NCBI GenBank assembly: GCA_017466905.1 | Contig: JAFTTE010000069.1 | Span: 1 to 46,060 of the forward strand | Origin: Clostridia bacterium | GTDB taxonomy: Bacteria > Bacillota > Clostridia > Oscillospirales > Acutalibacteraceae | DNA: 46,060 nucleotides | Reading direction: 5' to 3' | Shown: piece by piece, positions 25,713 to 36,917 of the stretch | Numbering within the stretch: position 1 is the stretch's first letter | How the letters are laid out: every line of letters starts with the position of its first letter | The notes under the pieces: model-generated | Databases searched by the model: none | Told to the model about the DNA's origin: nothing | Seen by the model: the letters and a program-made list of their open reading frames with translations, nothing else | Translations under genes and position numbers: made by a program

Positions 25713-26264
25713 ATGAAGAAAGTTAAATTTTGGGTTTTAATTGTTGTGTTGGTTTTACTTGCTTTTGCTGATGGTTTACTAACCTTTATTAACACTCCTG
25801 ATTTGTCTATGGAAGGAAACCCTTTGGTCGCAAGGCTGGGATTAGGGTGGGAAGCTTTAGCAATAGCAAATATTTTAGTTCTTGCCCTTATGTTTATAAC
25901 TGCTTATTATAGCTATTTCAAATATAAAACTATATATACAAACGAAACTAAATTTACCGCGTACTGTTCGCAAATTATCTATGATAGAACTGATATGTTT
26001 TGGAAAGGTCTTATTCCCAAACATATTACTCCGTACATTGCAGGATTAGGATTCTCTGGCTTATATGCACTTATTATTGCTCGTGCAATCTTAGTTTTTG
26101 AATGGCTATGTATCACATTTAATGCAACTTGGGCAAATGCTTATTTCACTTTTAGAAATACATATTGTTTTGGTCGTGTGGATGTGTTTGTTGCTGTGGT
26201 TTTTGCAATTATCGGTGTATTTTTCTGGTTTTATAAAGAGTTCAAAAAACAACTAAACAAATAG
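25713..26264 (+). CDS. Polytopic membrane protein (DUF5658-like)
   Basis: 183 aa with 4-5 TM helices. N-terminal ..ADGLLTF...EGNPL.. resembles the DUF5658 signature. RBS GGATGGTGG. Confidence 0.6.
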   Translation: MKKVKFWVLIVVLVLLAFADGLLTFINTPDLSMEGNPLVARLGLGWEALAIANILVLALMFITAYYSYFKYKTIYTNETKFTAYCSQIIYDRTDMFWKGLIPKHITPYIAGLGFSGLYALIIARAILVFEWLCITFNATWANAYFTFRNTYCFGRVDVFVAVVFAIIGVFFWFYKEFKKQLNK

Positions 26265-26265
26265 C

Positions 26266-26297
26266 AAAAAAGCGAGGTGGAATTCACCTCGCTTTTA
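26266..26297. terminator. Bidirectional terminator
   Basis: AGCGAGGTG-GAATT-CACCTCGCT flanked by A and T runs. Confidence 0.75.
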
Positions 26298-26311
26298 CTG
26301 TTTAATAATTA

Positions 26312-26758
26312 TTAGTCAAACCAATCTACCGGCAGTTTGATTGTGCCGTCCGAGCTTGAAGTGTTTTCCTCGGCAATGTCATTGTCGGAGCTGTTATCTT
26401 CAAAACTGCCATCTTCGGAGCTGTTGTCACCGGAAACATTTTCGTCAGAATTGCTGCCGTCAGAAACATCATCGTTAGAAACATTGTTATCAGGCGTATT
26501 GCTTTGGGTATCGCTGTTATCAAAAACATCTTCCTCAAGTTCAATACCCTGCGATGCTTTATCGCCTGACGAGGTTTTATTGTCATCTGTGCCGTCGGAT
26601 GTTTCGGAAGAATCGCTATTGCCCGATAGCGTTCCCGACTGTGTGATAGAGGAACTGTCGGTTCCGTCCACGGTTGCGCCGTCTTTGCAGGCGGTAAGGC
26701 ACAACAGAAAAACCATACAAAGCGATAAAATTAGCGTTTTTAAAATTTTATCATTCAT
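26312..26758 (-). CDS. Highly acidic, low-complexity Asp/Ser/Asn-rich lipoprotein
   Basis: Signal peptide with lipobox LTAC. The mature part has very few basic residues (K/R) and is rich in D/E/S/N. Its ATG overlaps the stop of the upstream 52-codon ORF. Confidence 0.75.
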   Translation of the reverse strand: MNDKILKTLILSLCMVFLLCLTACKDGATVDGTDSSSITQSGTLSGNSDSSETSDGTDDNKTSSGDKASQGIELEEDVFDNSDTQSNTPDNNVSNDDVSDGSNSDENVSGDNSSEDGSFEDNSSDNDIAEENTSSSDGTIKLPVDWFD

Positions 26759-26909
26759 TACTTATATCTCTCCAACTCGTAGGGAATGTATCCTCTTCGC
26801 CCTCAAAAGGATCTGGGCCTGTTGGACTTGTTACAATAATATCACACATATCAATCTTGATTATTTCTATCTCTGCCGCATAAAAGGGGCGCTCAATATT
26901 TGTTTTCAT
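26751..26909 (-). CDS. Small acidic protein (52 aa), translationally coupled
   Basis: Below the 60-aa cutoff, so not in the ORF track. ATG 26909 lies 9 nt after GGAAGGGGA, just after the nuclease stop. Sequence MKTNIERPFYAAEIEIIKIDMCDIIVTSPTGPDPFEGEEDTFPTSWRDISNE. Its stop overlaps the next ATG (ATGAATGA). Confidence 0.5.
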   Translation of the reverse strand: MKTNIERPFYAAEIEIIKIDMCDIIVTSPTGPDPFEGEEDTFPTSWRDISNE

Positions 26910-26927
26910 ATTAACTTTTCCCCTTCC

Positions 26928-29900
26928 TTATAGAGTAGCGTTGTACGCATCGGCCGATTTACCAAAACGATAAAGCGCTAGGGCAAGATTTGCCATATTA
27001 TTGCTGTTTTGCTTTGAATAAGCATAAGCGTTTACGCTGTAATTGAGTGTCTGCACGAGAATATTGTTATCATACAACTTAAATGTATAAACGGTATCAA
27101 ATTCGGTAACTAAGATTTCGTCAGTGGTGTAGCTATAAACACCGGTTTCAGAATCGTAGTTAATTTCAACTAATTTATCATTTACATAAAGTTGTGTGTT
27201 TTCATTAGCAGAATTCAATTTGATAATAAGCTTGTTTACGCTGTCAAACCAAACGGTTGCCGAACGGAAATAAACAGTATCGGGTGTGCTGTTGTTAGTA
27301 GGTGACATATCCCAAGTATCATCAGGTGTCGCAGTCGATGGTGTGCCAAGACCTTTAACACCGCTTGTTGCAAGGTTGTCGGTATTGTACTTGGTATAGG
27401 TTTGTGCCGCCGCACCGTAATAGAGCATATCTGTTATGAACTGTACGAGTTCATCGCTTGGATTATCGGCGAGTAGGTTAATAGCATTTTGTTTAATACT
27501 GTAGTCGTCTTTTACGTCAATTATACCGCCGTTAATCAAAAGCTCTGCCTTAATTATATCAGCCATACGCTGTGGAGCGAGACCCGCAAAATCAAATACA
27601 TATTGACCGTCAACAACAGTACCTGTTACGGTATCAATAACAGTATCGTCTATGCTAAAGCGCATTTCGAGTGTGTAATTTGAAAGGTCTTCGGCTGTTG
27701 TTATGGTCGTGCCGTATCTGATGCTAAGGTCGGCGCCTACGCTTACCTGCGCGCTACTTATTGTTGCATCAATATCAACATACTTATAAAGTGCCACTGA
27801 CTTTTGTGCATTTGTATAATAACGGAAGCGATAGTTGTCTTTATTGTTTGTTGAGTTAAATGTCAAAACCTTGCCCGTGCTACCGGTTATTGTAAGCGCG
27901 CCATCAACGAGTGTTATTGTGTGGATATCTGCTGTGCCTGTTGTTATTCCGTTGCCGGTGGACAATGGTCCTATATAGGTTCCGTCTGCTGTCTTTAGAG
28001 TATATCCGTCACCCGATTTTTCAATTATAATCTTAGCGGCATCTAACGACTGTTTTGCCTTTACTACTCCGCCGTTTAATGCAACATTTTTAATAACGTT
28101 ATGTGCCTGGTCAAGTGTTTCGCGGCCACCGTCAAATACGACGCTATCATTTTCATAAACTATTAGATATTCGCCCGACCAGTCGGTTTGATCTTTGGTA
28201 ACCTTTATGTAATAACCGTCGGTTTCATTATCGGTTATCGTGCCGTTGGTGAAATAATAATATGTAGTAACAGTTGTTGTGCCGCCTGCAGCACCTTCGG
28301 TTAATTTGTAAAGGTGTATTGCCTTTTGATTGGTGTAAGTGCTGGATTTAAAATAACGGAAACGATAGTTGCCGCTACTCGCATTGTAACGCAAAACAGA
28401 ATTACCACTGCCTACTATATGTGCGCTACCATCAGTATTGATGGTAATAGTATTGGTATATTGAGTAGAAGTGCTTGAGTTTAATTTATTTGAGTCCGCG
28501 GTGTTACCAATATAATAACCACTTGCAGATTGAATGGTTCCTGCAGTTGTGTCAATGGTGAAGTTCGCGGCATTGGTTGTATCAGTTGCTTCAATAGTTC
28601 CGTCGTTTATAGTAACAGAAATATTATTGCTTGCTGCGTCCAGCGTTGTAAGTGCACCGTTAAATGCCACGTTACCTGTTTCATAAACAATAAGATATTG
28701 ACCATCGGTAAGTTCGCTGTCCGATGTGATTTTTACATATTGTTTTGTTGCTTGTGATGTGCTTTCGGTTGTTTCGCTGCGAGAATATACCGCATAAAAT
28801 GTAATGTCTGCTTCAACAGTATGGGTATAATCAACCGCAAGAATTTCTGGTTTGGTTGTAGTTTCGCCGTCAAAATTGCTCTTTATCCAACCCTCAAATT
28901 TCCAACCTAGCGGCACATTACCAATATGAGTGGGAAGCGTCGTGGTGTTGCCGATATATATGTCTTCGGTTAAAGCAACCGTACCGTGCTGGCTGTAACT
29001 TACTGTGCCCTTTGCACGCTCTTTGAAGTTGATTTGAACGGTTACGTCACTTGTTGCCTCTACCGTAAAGGTGTTGACATTTTGTGTAACTGTTGCTGTA
29101 CCACTTACAATTGTGTAAGGATTGGTTGAGTCAATTTCATAACCTGTAGCAGGTGTTGCTGTAATGTATTTACCACTTACTTCAACAGTACCATAGGCAT
29201 CATCGTTTGACTGGGCAGTTACAACGTAAGCGATCGGGGTATCAAGCGCAGTAACGGTAATTGAGTTAAGTCTTACCTGTGCGGTAAGAGTAGACAATGT
29301 AAAGCTATCGACAGGGGTATCAAAGGTAACGGTTACAATTTTAGCGTCTTCGGTATCTGTTGCAACTGTAGCGCCGATAACAGTGCCGATAGATTCGCTT
29401 AATGCAGTCGCATACGCAGCCGTATTTGCAGTAAATTTAATCTCTTTTATTTTACCTGTGTGCTGGAGTGTTATGCTTGAATTTGCATATAGACGAACGG
29501 GGTTTGAACTATCTATTATATCATTTGTAGAGTTTGATTTGTCGTTCGTAAAGGTAAGGCCGGCGTTTGACCAAACTTGTTGTTCAGCGGTTTGAGAAAC
29601 GCGTTGGTCGGTGGTAGAAAAATCAATTGTCGCATTTACCTCAACAGTGTTTTCGGTAGATCCACTGTCGCCAGAGCCGGTATCACCTGAATCGCCGCTA
29701 TCTCCGGTAGTGTCGTCAACTGTTTCAAGTTTGTAAAGTGCAACTGCTTTTTGCGTGCCCCTATAGTAACGGAAACGCTCTTGTCCGGAGGTTGCGTTAA
29801 ACATCAGCATATATTCTGTATTGCTTGCATTAGCAATTGTTGTTGCATCACCATCAATAGACAAACTATGTGCAAATGCAGTAGAGCCATATACTATTTT

Positions 29901-31157
29901 TGCATCGGTGCCGCTTTGGCTAATGTAATTACCGTTTTGAACTTTTATTGCGTATCCACTATCTAATTTTTCAAGTGTTACCGCTGCTGCTGAGGTTTCT
30001 TCACTTACGGGAATTTTACCATCACTTATTGTTACAGAAATGTTATTTTGTGCTGCGTCAGCAGTTAAAGCACCGTTAAATGCCTTGCTTCCTGTCTCGT
30101 AAACGATAAGATAATTACCCGACCAATCGGTTGGTGCCTCAGTAACCTTTACATAGTAATTACCAGTTGCATCAGTTGTTGTGTCGCCGATAGTATCATT
30201 GCCTGTAGAACCGCCACCTACGGCACCGTCACTTGCTGCATAGCCGGACGGAGTTGTATGTTGTGGAATTCCTTCTTCAAACAAGTCAAATGCAAGCTCT
30301 GGGTAGTCAACAAATACGTTACGTGTGCCTGTGATTGCTTCTACCGAGTCGTTACGACCAAGCTCCCAGGTATCAACCGGGTCTTCCTCAATCCAGGTAA
30401 GTAAAACGTCCTGACTTTCGATTACACCCTCTGTACCGAATATACCATCGGGGTTATAACCGCTACCCGTATTTGTACAGCCCCAACGAACGTATTGATA
30501 AAGTATAATACGCGCAACGTCACCACGAAGGTCATAGCTGCCTATGTTGGGGTAAAAATAACTTGTATCTGTGGCTGTACCATAAGCCTTGTTTCCGCGA
30601 CTTCCGTTTTCGCTGGTTGCCGCAGGACGAAGCATCATAATATCGTTTTCGCCACTGCCTGCAAGGTCGCCCTTACTGTTAGGCCAGGTGTGTTCACGGT
30701 TCCATGTAGAACCGCTGTCCCATTCGGGACCTATCGCTACACCAGAATAGAAAGAAGATATTGTGCTGGGATCACCGCTGTTTTCGCAGTCGGTGTACAT
30801 AAATAGGCCCCTTGTGTTATCGTAGGAGATTATGTACGAATGATTGTCCGTCATCAACTGCTTTAGTTTGGTGTACAATGCGCTCGACGGCACACCACTT
30901 TCGGTACTACTACCGTCAAGGGCTAACAGTTCTGACAATGTAACGCCATTTTCTGTGTAAAATGTTTCTGCGTTTGGTGACAAAAAGGTCGCATTAGTAC
31001 CTCTTGTACCCCAGTTGTAAATGTAGCTGCCGTCATAAACGTAATTAACGGTGTTGGTATCGGCTGCAAATACCGACAAATTCATACCAAACAGTACGCT
31101 TGCGCACATTACAAGCGTCATCAACACAGCAAAAGAACGTTTCATTACATTTTTCAT
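26928..31157 (-). CDS. Secreted multidomain nuclease (endonuclease I family N-domain + repeated uncharacterised modules)
   Basis: Signal peptide (..LSVFAAD). NREHTWPNSKG and DIMMLRPAATSENGSRGNKAYG match endonuclease-I (EndA/Bsn-type) catalytic motifs. It also has three ~145-aa internal repeats and a GWKFEGW..TFYAVY Listeria-Bacteroides-type repeat. Confidence 0.8.
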   Translation of the reverse strand: MKNVMKRSFAVLMTLVMCASVLFGMNLSVFAADTNTVNYVYDGSYIYNWGTRGTNATFLSPNAETFYTENGVTLSELLALDGSSTESGVPSSALYTKLKQLMTDNHSYIISYDNTRGLFMYTDCENSGDPSTISSFYSGVAIGPEWDSGSTWNREHTWPNSKGDLAGSGENDIMMLRPAATSENGSRGNKAYGTATDTSYFYPNIGSYDLRGDVARIILYQYVRWGCTNTGSGYNPDGIFGTEGVIESQDVLLTWIEEDPVDTWELGRNDSVEAITGTRNVFVDYPELAFDLFEEGIPQHTTPSGYAASDGAVGGGSTGNDTIGDTTTDATGNYYVKVTEAPTDWSGNYLIVYETGSKAFNGALTADAAQNNISVTISDGKIPVSEETSAAAVTLEKLDSGYAIKVQNGNYISQSGTDAKIVYGSTAFAHSLSIDGDATTIANASNTEYMLMFNATSGQERFRYYRGTQKAVALYKLETVDDTTGDSGDSGDTGSGDSGSTENTVEVNATIDFSTTDQRVSQTAEQQVWSNAGLTFTNDKSNSTNDIIDSSNPVRLYANSSITLQHTGKIKEIKFTANTAAYATALSESIGTVIGATVATDTEDAKIVTVTFDTPVDSFTLSTLTAQVRLNSITVTALDTPIAYVVTAQSNDDAYGTVEVSGKYITATPATGYEIDSTNPYTIVSGTATVTQNVNTFTVEATSDVTVQINFKERAKGTVSYSQHGTVALTEDIYIGNTTTLPTHIGNVPLGWKFEGWIKSNFDGETTTKPEILAVDYTHTVEADITFYAVYSRSETTESTSQATKQYVKITSDSELTDGQYLIVYETGNVAFNGALTTLDAASNNISVTINDGTIEATDTTNAANFTIDTTAGTIQSASGYYIGNTADSNKLNSSTSTQYTNTITINTDGSAHIVGSGNSVLRYNASSGNYRFRYFKSSTYTNQKAIHLYKLTEGAAGGTTTVTTYYYFTNGTITDNETDGYYIKVTKDQTDWSGEYLIVYENDSVVFDGGRETLDQAHNVIKNVALNGGVVKAKQSLDAAKIIIEKSGDGYTLKTADGTYIGPLSTGNGITTGTADIHTITLVDGALTITGSTGKVLTFNSTNNKDNYRFRYYTNAQKSVALYKYVDIDATISSAQVSVGADLSIRYGTTITTAEDLSNYTLEMRFSIDDTVIDTVTGTVVDGQYVFDFAGLAPQRMADIIKAELLINGGIIDVKDDYSIKQNAINLLADNPSDELVQFITDMLYYGAAAQTYTKYNTDNLATSGVKGLGTPSTATPDDTWDMSPTNNSTPDTVYFRSATVWFDSVNKLIIKLNSANENTQLYVNDKLVEINYDSETGVYSYTTDEILVTEFDTVYTFKLYDNNILVQTLNYSVNAYAYSKQNSNNMANLALALYRFGKSADAYNATL

Positions 31158-31332
31158 TTTGACATCCCCTTTTTCCGCATTTTTTGTAATATTTTGTAAT
31201 ATATAAATATAATATCACACCAAATATATCCTTGCAACATATATTTGGTGTGAAGGACATCTTTTTATGAAACATAACAAATGCCCTTTTATTTTGTTTC
31301 GACATTTTGTGATAGGTTGATAGAAACACAGG

Positions 31333-31391
31333 CAAAATAAATCTCCTTGTTTTTGTAACATTGATACCGTTATCTATAAAACAAGGAGATT
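31333..31391 (-). terminator. Terminator after the YczE-like gene
   Basis: Minus strand AATCTCCTTGTTTT ...24 nt... AAAACAAGGAGATT followed by TATTTTG. Confidence 0.55.
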
Positions 31392-31426
31392 AATACTGTG
31401 TAAGTTTACTTTTTTATTTTAAAACA

Positions 31427-32077
31427 TCACTTTAAAATTTTATTAAGCGGTTTTTGAAGCAAGCGACGGAACAGCTTAACCGTAATGCCTACAAGCAGCG
31501 CCGAAATAACCGTTCCTTCTCTTGTGCCGTAAAGCTGACCTTTAAAGAAAACCAGAGAAAGTACAATAGAAAGCAGCACCCAGGAAACATCAAAAACTAT
31601 TTTCATATTTCCAAAATCTTTCTTTGTTATATCAGCCAGCGCTTTTACAAATGCCTCGCCTGAATTGAGTATAACATCGGCAATCACGCCGAGTGTAATA
31701 CCAAAACCAAGCACGATAATGCCGCCTAAAACCAATAAAAGCTGAACCGTGTATGTATCGTTTGGTATTCCACGGACCAGCCATAACCCGAAGTCTGTAA
31801 AATATCCAAACAAGAAAGACAGCGGAATCTGCAAAAGCTGCATTGGCTTAAAGTTTTTGCGTAGCAGCAAAATCTGTCCAAGCAACAAAACGCAATTTGA
31901 AATCGTGAGCCACGTTCCAAACGAGAAAAAGGTAAATTTTAGACTGACTACATTGGCAACCGACGAAATAGGGGAAACACCCAGCTCGCCGTGCTTGGTA
32001 AGCGCAACACCGAGTCCCATAAAGAACAGGCAGACAATAAACAATAAATATCGCTTTGCGGTTTCGCTTTTTGTCAT
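31427..32077 (-). CDS. YczE/DUF6198-like membrane protein
   Basis: 216 aa with 5-6 TM helices. N-terminal ..GLGVALTKHGELGVSPISS.. is typical of the YczE/YitT-like family. Confidence 0.65.
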   Translation of the reverse strand: MTKSETAKRYLLFIVCLFFMGLGVALTKHGELGVSPISSVANVVSLKFTFFSFGTWLTISNCVLLLGQILLLRKNFKPMQLLQIPLSFLFGYFTDFGLWLVRGIPNDTYTVQLLLVLGGIIVLGFGITLGVIADVILNSGEAFVKALADITKKDFGNMKIVFDVSWVLLSIVLSLVFFKGQLYGTREGTVISALLVGITVKLFRRLLQKPLNKILK

Positions 32078-32091
32078 ATTATCACTCTTTC

Positions 32092-32523
32092 CTACATTGG
32101 TTTGCGTTTTACGATTGCTTCGGTAATATCTGTAAGTACAAGCTCGCCGTTTTGATTATATGCCTCTATAGTGATTTCAACTATACCGTTTTTGTGGTTG
32201 CGTTTGGTAATGCCTGTAACCACGGCTTTTGCTGTCAGCACATCATCTGCAAATACCGGCTTTAACCACTCAATTTTTGTAGATTTGCCTGCAAGCAGTT
32301 CTTCGCCAAAGAAATCTACCTCCAGGTATTTTGCCCATACTGACATAAAAGACATTACACCGGGGGCTATCAGCTTGCCAAAAGGTGTGGTCTTGGCATA
32401 TTCCTCATCGATATGCAACGGGATATTATCGTAGGTAAAAGCAAAATCAAGCATCTTTTGCTTTTCTATAATGGCGGGAGCAATTTCTACCGTCATACCC
32501 ATTTTAATATCATCAAAATACAT
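32092..32523 (-). CDS. MaoC-like (R)-specific hydratase, hotdog fold
   Basis: ..DFAFTYDNIPLHIDEEYAK.TPFG.LIAPG.. is a hydratase-type motif. Start at ATG 32523 after GAGGTGA. Confidence 0.75.
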   Translation of the reverse strand: MYFDDIKMGMTVEIAPAIIEKQKMLDFAFTYDNIPLHIDEEYAKTTPFGKLIAPGVMSFMSVWAKYLEVDFFGEELLAGKSTKIEWLKPVFADDVLTAKAVVTGITKRNHKNGIVEITIEAYNQNGELVLTDITEAIVKRKPM

Positions 32524-32527
32524 AGTT

Positions 32528-33691
32528 TCACCTCGATAACAGTCCATCAATAAACTGCCGCGCAAGGCGGGCGCTTCTGCCGCCGCGCTCTAAAGCAAAG
32601 CGTTCGGCAAGTAAATCAAGCTCGTCCTTTGGCATATCAATACCGCTTTCTTGTGCCAGGTGATGTACAATATGCAGAAAGGTTTCCTTGCTGGGCTTTG
32701 AAAATGTCACGTGAATACCAAAACGCTCTGATAGCGACACAAGCTCTTGCATAGTGTCATTGCGGTGCACATCGTCGCCCTCGCGGTCAGAAAACTTTTC
32801 TTTGATAATATGTCGTCGGTTACTTGTGGCGTAAATCACCACATTGCTTGATTTTGCCGTAACCGAGCCCTCTAAAACCGCCTTAAGCGCGTTGAAATTA
32901 TCGTCGTCTTTAAGGAACGATAGGTCGTCGATAAACAAAATAAACTTAAGAGGGTTAGCCGACAGCTCATCAAGAATTTTTGGTATGGCGCGAAGCTGGT
33001 CCTTTCGTACCTCTATGATGCGAAGTCCCTCGTCCCACAAGGCGTTAGCAACCGCCTTTACAGTAGAGGATTTTCCTGTGCCCGCGTCACCTGTAAGCAA
33101 AATATTAGCCGCAGGCTTACCGTTAAGCAGGGCCTTGGTATTGTCGATAATAATCTGCCTTTCGCGCTCGTAGTCGATAAGCTGTGAAAGCTCGGTTTTA
33201 TCGGGGTGATGCACGGGGACAATGTTGTTCTGCTCATCTACATAAAACATTTTGTTTTTTGCATAGATACCATAACCGTATTTGCCGATGTTTTCTGCTC
33301 GGTGCAGATAGATATCCTTAAGACGCAGTTCTGTAGTAGTGAACTCGGGCAAAGCCCCCTTGTATTCAAGATGCTTACAGAGCGTGTCTTTATTAAGCTC
33401 TGCTACCTCCTGTAAAACATCAAGCTCGGATACCAAAGCAGCATACATATAATTTGGTACATCTTTACTGCCGCCTATAGTCTTTACATATACATTCTCG
33501 CTGTTTGTGCAGAGTTCTTTCACGTACTCACCAAGATTGCCGCCGTTAGCATTGTAAAGCGCCGCCACAAACTCGGAGTAGCCCGAGTTTGTGGGAGTCT
33601 CGAGATACTTAAGCAGCGAGGAAATTACTGTGTCTTTTAGCAGTTCTCTGAAAATACACAGAGTTTCAAGTTTAACCTTTAAATCTTTCAT
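32528..33691 (-). CDS. DUF815-type P-loop ATPase
   Basis: LLTGDAGTGKSSTVKAV Walker A and FILFIDDLSF Walker B. It is the last-but-one gene of the ilv/leu operon. Confidence 0.7.
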   Translation of the reverse strand: MKDLKVKLETLCIFRELLKDTVISSLLKYLETPTNSGYSEFVAALYNANGGNLGEYVKELCTNSENVYVKTIGGSKDVPNYMYAALVSELDVLQEVAELNKDTLCKHLEYKGALPEFTTTELRLKDIYLHRAENIGKYGYGIYAKNKMFYVDEQNNIVPVHHPDKTELSQLIDYERERQIIIDNTKALLNGKPAANILLTGDAGTGKSSTVKAVANALWDEGLRIIEVRKDQLRAIPKILDELSANPLKFILFIDDLSFLKDDDNFNALKAVLEGSVTAKSSNVVIYATSNRRHIIKEKFSDREGDDVHRNDTMQELVSLSERFGIHVTFSKPSKETFLHIVHHLAQESGIDMPKDELDLLAERFALERGGRSARLARQFIDGLLSR

Positions 33692-33692
33692 A

Positions 33693-35357
33693 TCAGTTCA
33701 AAATCGCACCCGAAGCGCCACCTGAAACAAGTGCAGCATAGCGTTTAAGGTAACCCGACAGTTCTTTGGTTTTGGGTACAAAGTTCTTTAAACGTTCACT
33801 AAGCACCGCATCGTCAACCTTAAGCTCAATAGTGTTTTCGGGAATATTGATGCTTATGATATCGCCTTCTTCTACCACGCCGATAAGACCGCCTGATGCA
33901 GCTTCGGGTGTAACGTGACCGACACATGCGCCGCGTGTTGCGCCGCTGAATCTGCCATCGGTAATAAGCGCTACGCTGTTACCGAGTCCCATACCCATAA
34001 TAGCAGACGTGGGATTCAGCATCTCACGCATACCGGGACCGCCTTTTGGACCTTCGTAGCGGATAACAACGACATCACCTGCGATAATCTTACCTGCATT
34101 TATAGCCGCCTGCGCGTCCTCTTCACAGTCGAACACGCGAGCAGGACCTTCGTGCACAAGCATTTCAGGAAGCACTGCCGAGCGTTTAACAACGCTGCCT
34201 TCAGGCGCAAGATTACCCTTTAGCACCGCAATACCGCCTGTTTCGCTGTAGGGGTTTTCAACAGGGCGGATAACCTCGGGATTAAGGTTTACACAACCTG
34301 CAATATTCTCGCCTACAGTTTTACCCGTTACGGTGAGACAATCGGTATTGAGCAATCCTTTTTTGTTAAGCTCGTTCATAACGGCATAAACGCCGCCTGC
34401 CTCGTCAAGCTCCTCCATATATGTTCTGCCTGCAGGAGCTAAATGGCAGAGATTAGGTGTTTTGGCGCTGATTTCATTGGCAATATCCAGATTTAATTCT
34501 ACACCGCATTCGTGCGCGATAGCGGGTAAATGTAACATACTGTTGGTAGAGCAGCCAAGCGCCATATCCACGGTGAGCGCGTTCATAAGTGCCTCACGTG
34601 TCATAATATCGCGAGGACGGATGTTTTTCTTTACCATATCCATTACCGCCATACCCGCGTGTTTTGCAAGTTCGATACGTGCCGAATAAACAGCAGGAAC
34701 AGTACCGTTACCGCGAAGACCCATACCCAAGGCTTCTGTTAAACAGTTCATCGAGTTTGCGGTATACATACCCGAGCAGGAGCCACAGGTGGGACAGGTT
34801 TTACATTCATATTCACGAAGCTTTGCATCGCTGAGTTTACCTGCGTTATAAGAACCTACTGCCTCAAACATACTTGAAAGACTGGTCTTTTTACCTTCAA
34901 CGCGACCTGCAAGCATAGGACCGCCGCTGACAAACACGGTAGGAATATTAACGCGTGCGGCAGCCATCAGAAGTCCCGGTACATTTTTATCACAGTTAGG
35001 CACCATAACAAGACCGTCAAAACCGTGAGCGAGTGTCATTGCTTCTGTAGAGTCAGCGATAAGGTCACGGGTTACAAGTGAATATTTCATACCCGTATGA
35101 CCCATTGCAATACCGTCACAAACAGCGATAGCAGGGAAGACGATTGGCGTACCGCCCGCCATTGCGACACCCAATTTTACGGCATCAACAATTTTGTCGA
35201 TGTTCATATGACCGGGGACAATCTCATTATAAGAGCTGACAATACCGATAAGAGGGCGTGATTGCTCCTCCTCAGTTAGTCCTAAAGCGTGAAATAAACT
35301 GCGGTGGGGCGCATTTTGTACGCCGTCTACAATATTTTCTTTAGACATATTTTTCAC
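33693..35357 (-). CDS. ilvD: Dihydroxy-acid dehydratase
   Basis: 554 aa with CDKNVPG and TDGRFSG signatures. Confidence 0.95.
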   Translation of the reverse strand: MKNMSKENIVDGVQNAPHRSLFHALGLTEEEQSRPLIGIVSSYNEIVPGHMNIDKIVDAVKLGVAMAGGTPIVFPAIAVCDGIAMGHTGMKYSLVTRDLIADSTEAMTLAHGFDGLVMVPNCDKNVPGLLMAAARVNIPTVFVSGGPMLAGRVEGKKTSLSSMFEAVGSYNAGKLSDAKLREYECKTCPTCGSCSGMYTANSMNCLTEALGMGLRGNGTVPAVYSARIELAKHAGMAVMDMVKKNIRPRDIMTREALMNALTVDMALGCSTNSMLHLPAIAHECGVELNLDIANEISAKTPNLCHLAPAGRTYMEELDEAGGVYAVMNELNKKGLLNTDCLTVTGKTVGENIAGCVNLNPEVIRPVENPYSETGGIAVLKGNLAPEGSVVKRSAVLPEMLVHEGPARVFDCEEDAQAAINAGKIIAGDVVVIRYEGPKGGPGMREMLNPTSAIMGMGLGNSVALITDGRFSGATRGACVGHVTPEAASGGLIGVVEEGDIISINIPENTIELKVDDAVLSERLKNFVPKTKELSGYLKRYAALVSGGASGAILN

Positions 35358-35359
35358 CC

Positions 35360-36913
<1,554 letters not shown>

Positions 36914-36917
<4 letters not shown>

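Noticed and set aside
26326-26933. ORFs 26326..26586 (-) and 26337..26933 (+)
   Set aside because: They are alternative-frame or antisense readings of the low-complexity Asp/Ser-rich lipoprotein gene. Repetitive codons keep several frames open.
27489-31335. Short ORFs within or antisense to the 1409-aa nuclease gene, and 31045..31335 (-)
   Set aside because: They are shadow frames of a long, well-supported CDS. The frame at 31045..31335 overlaps the true start and promoter without an RBS.
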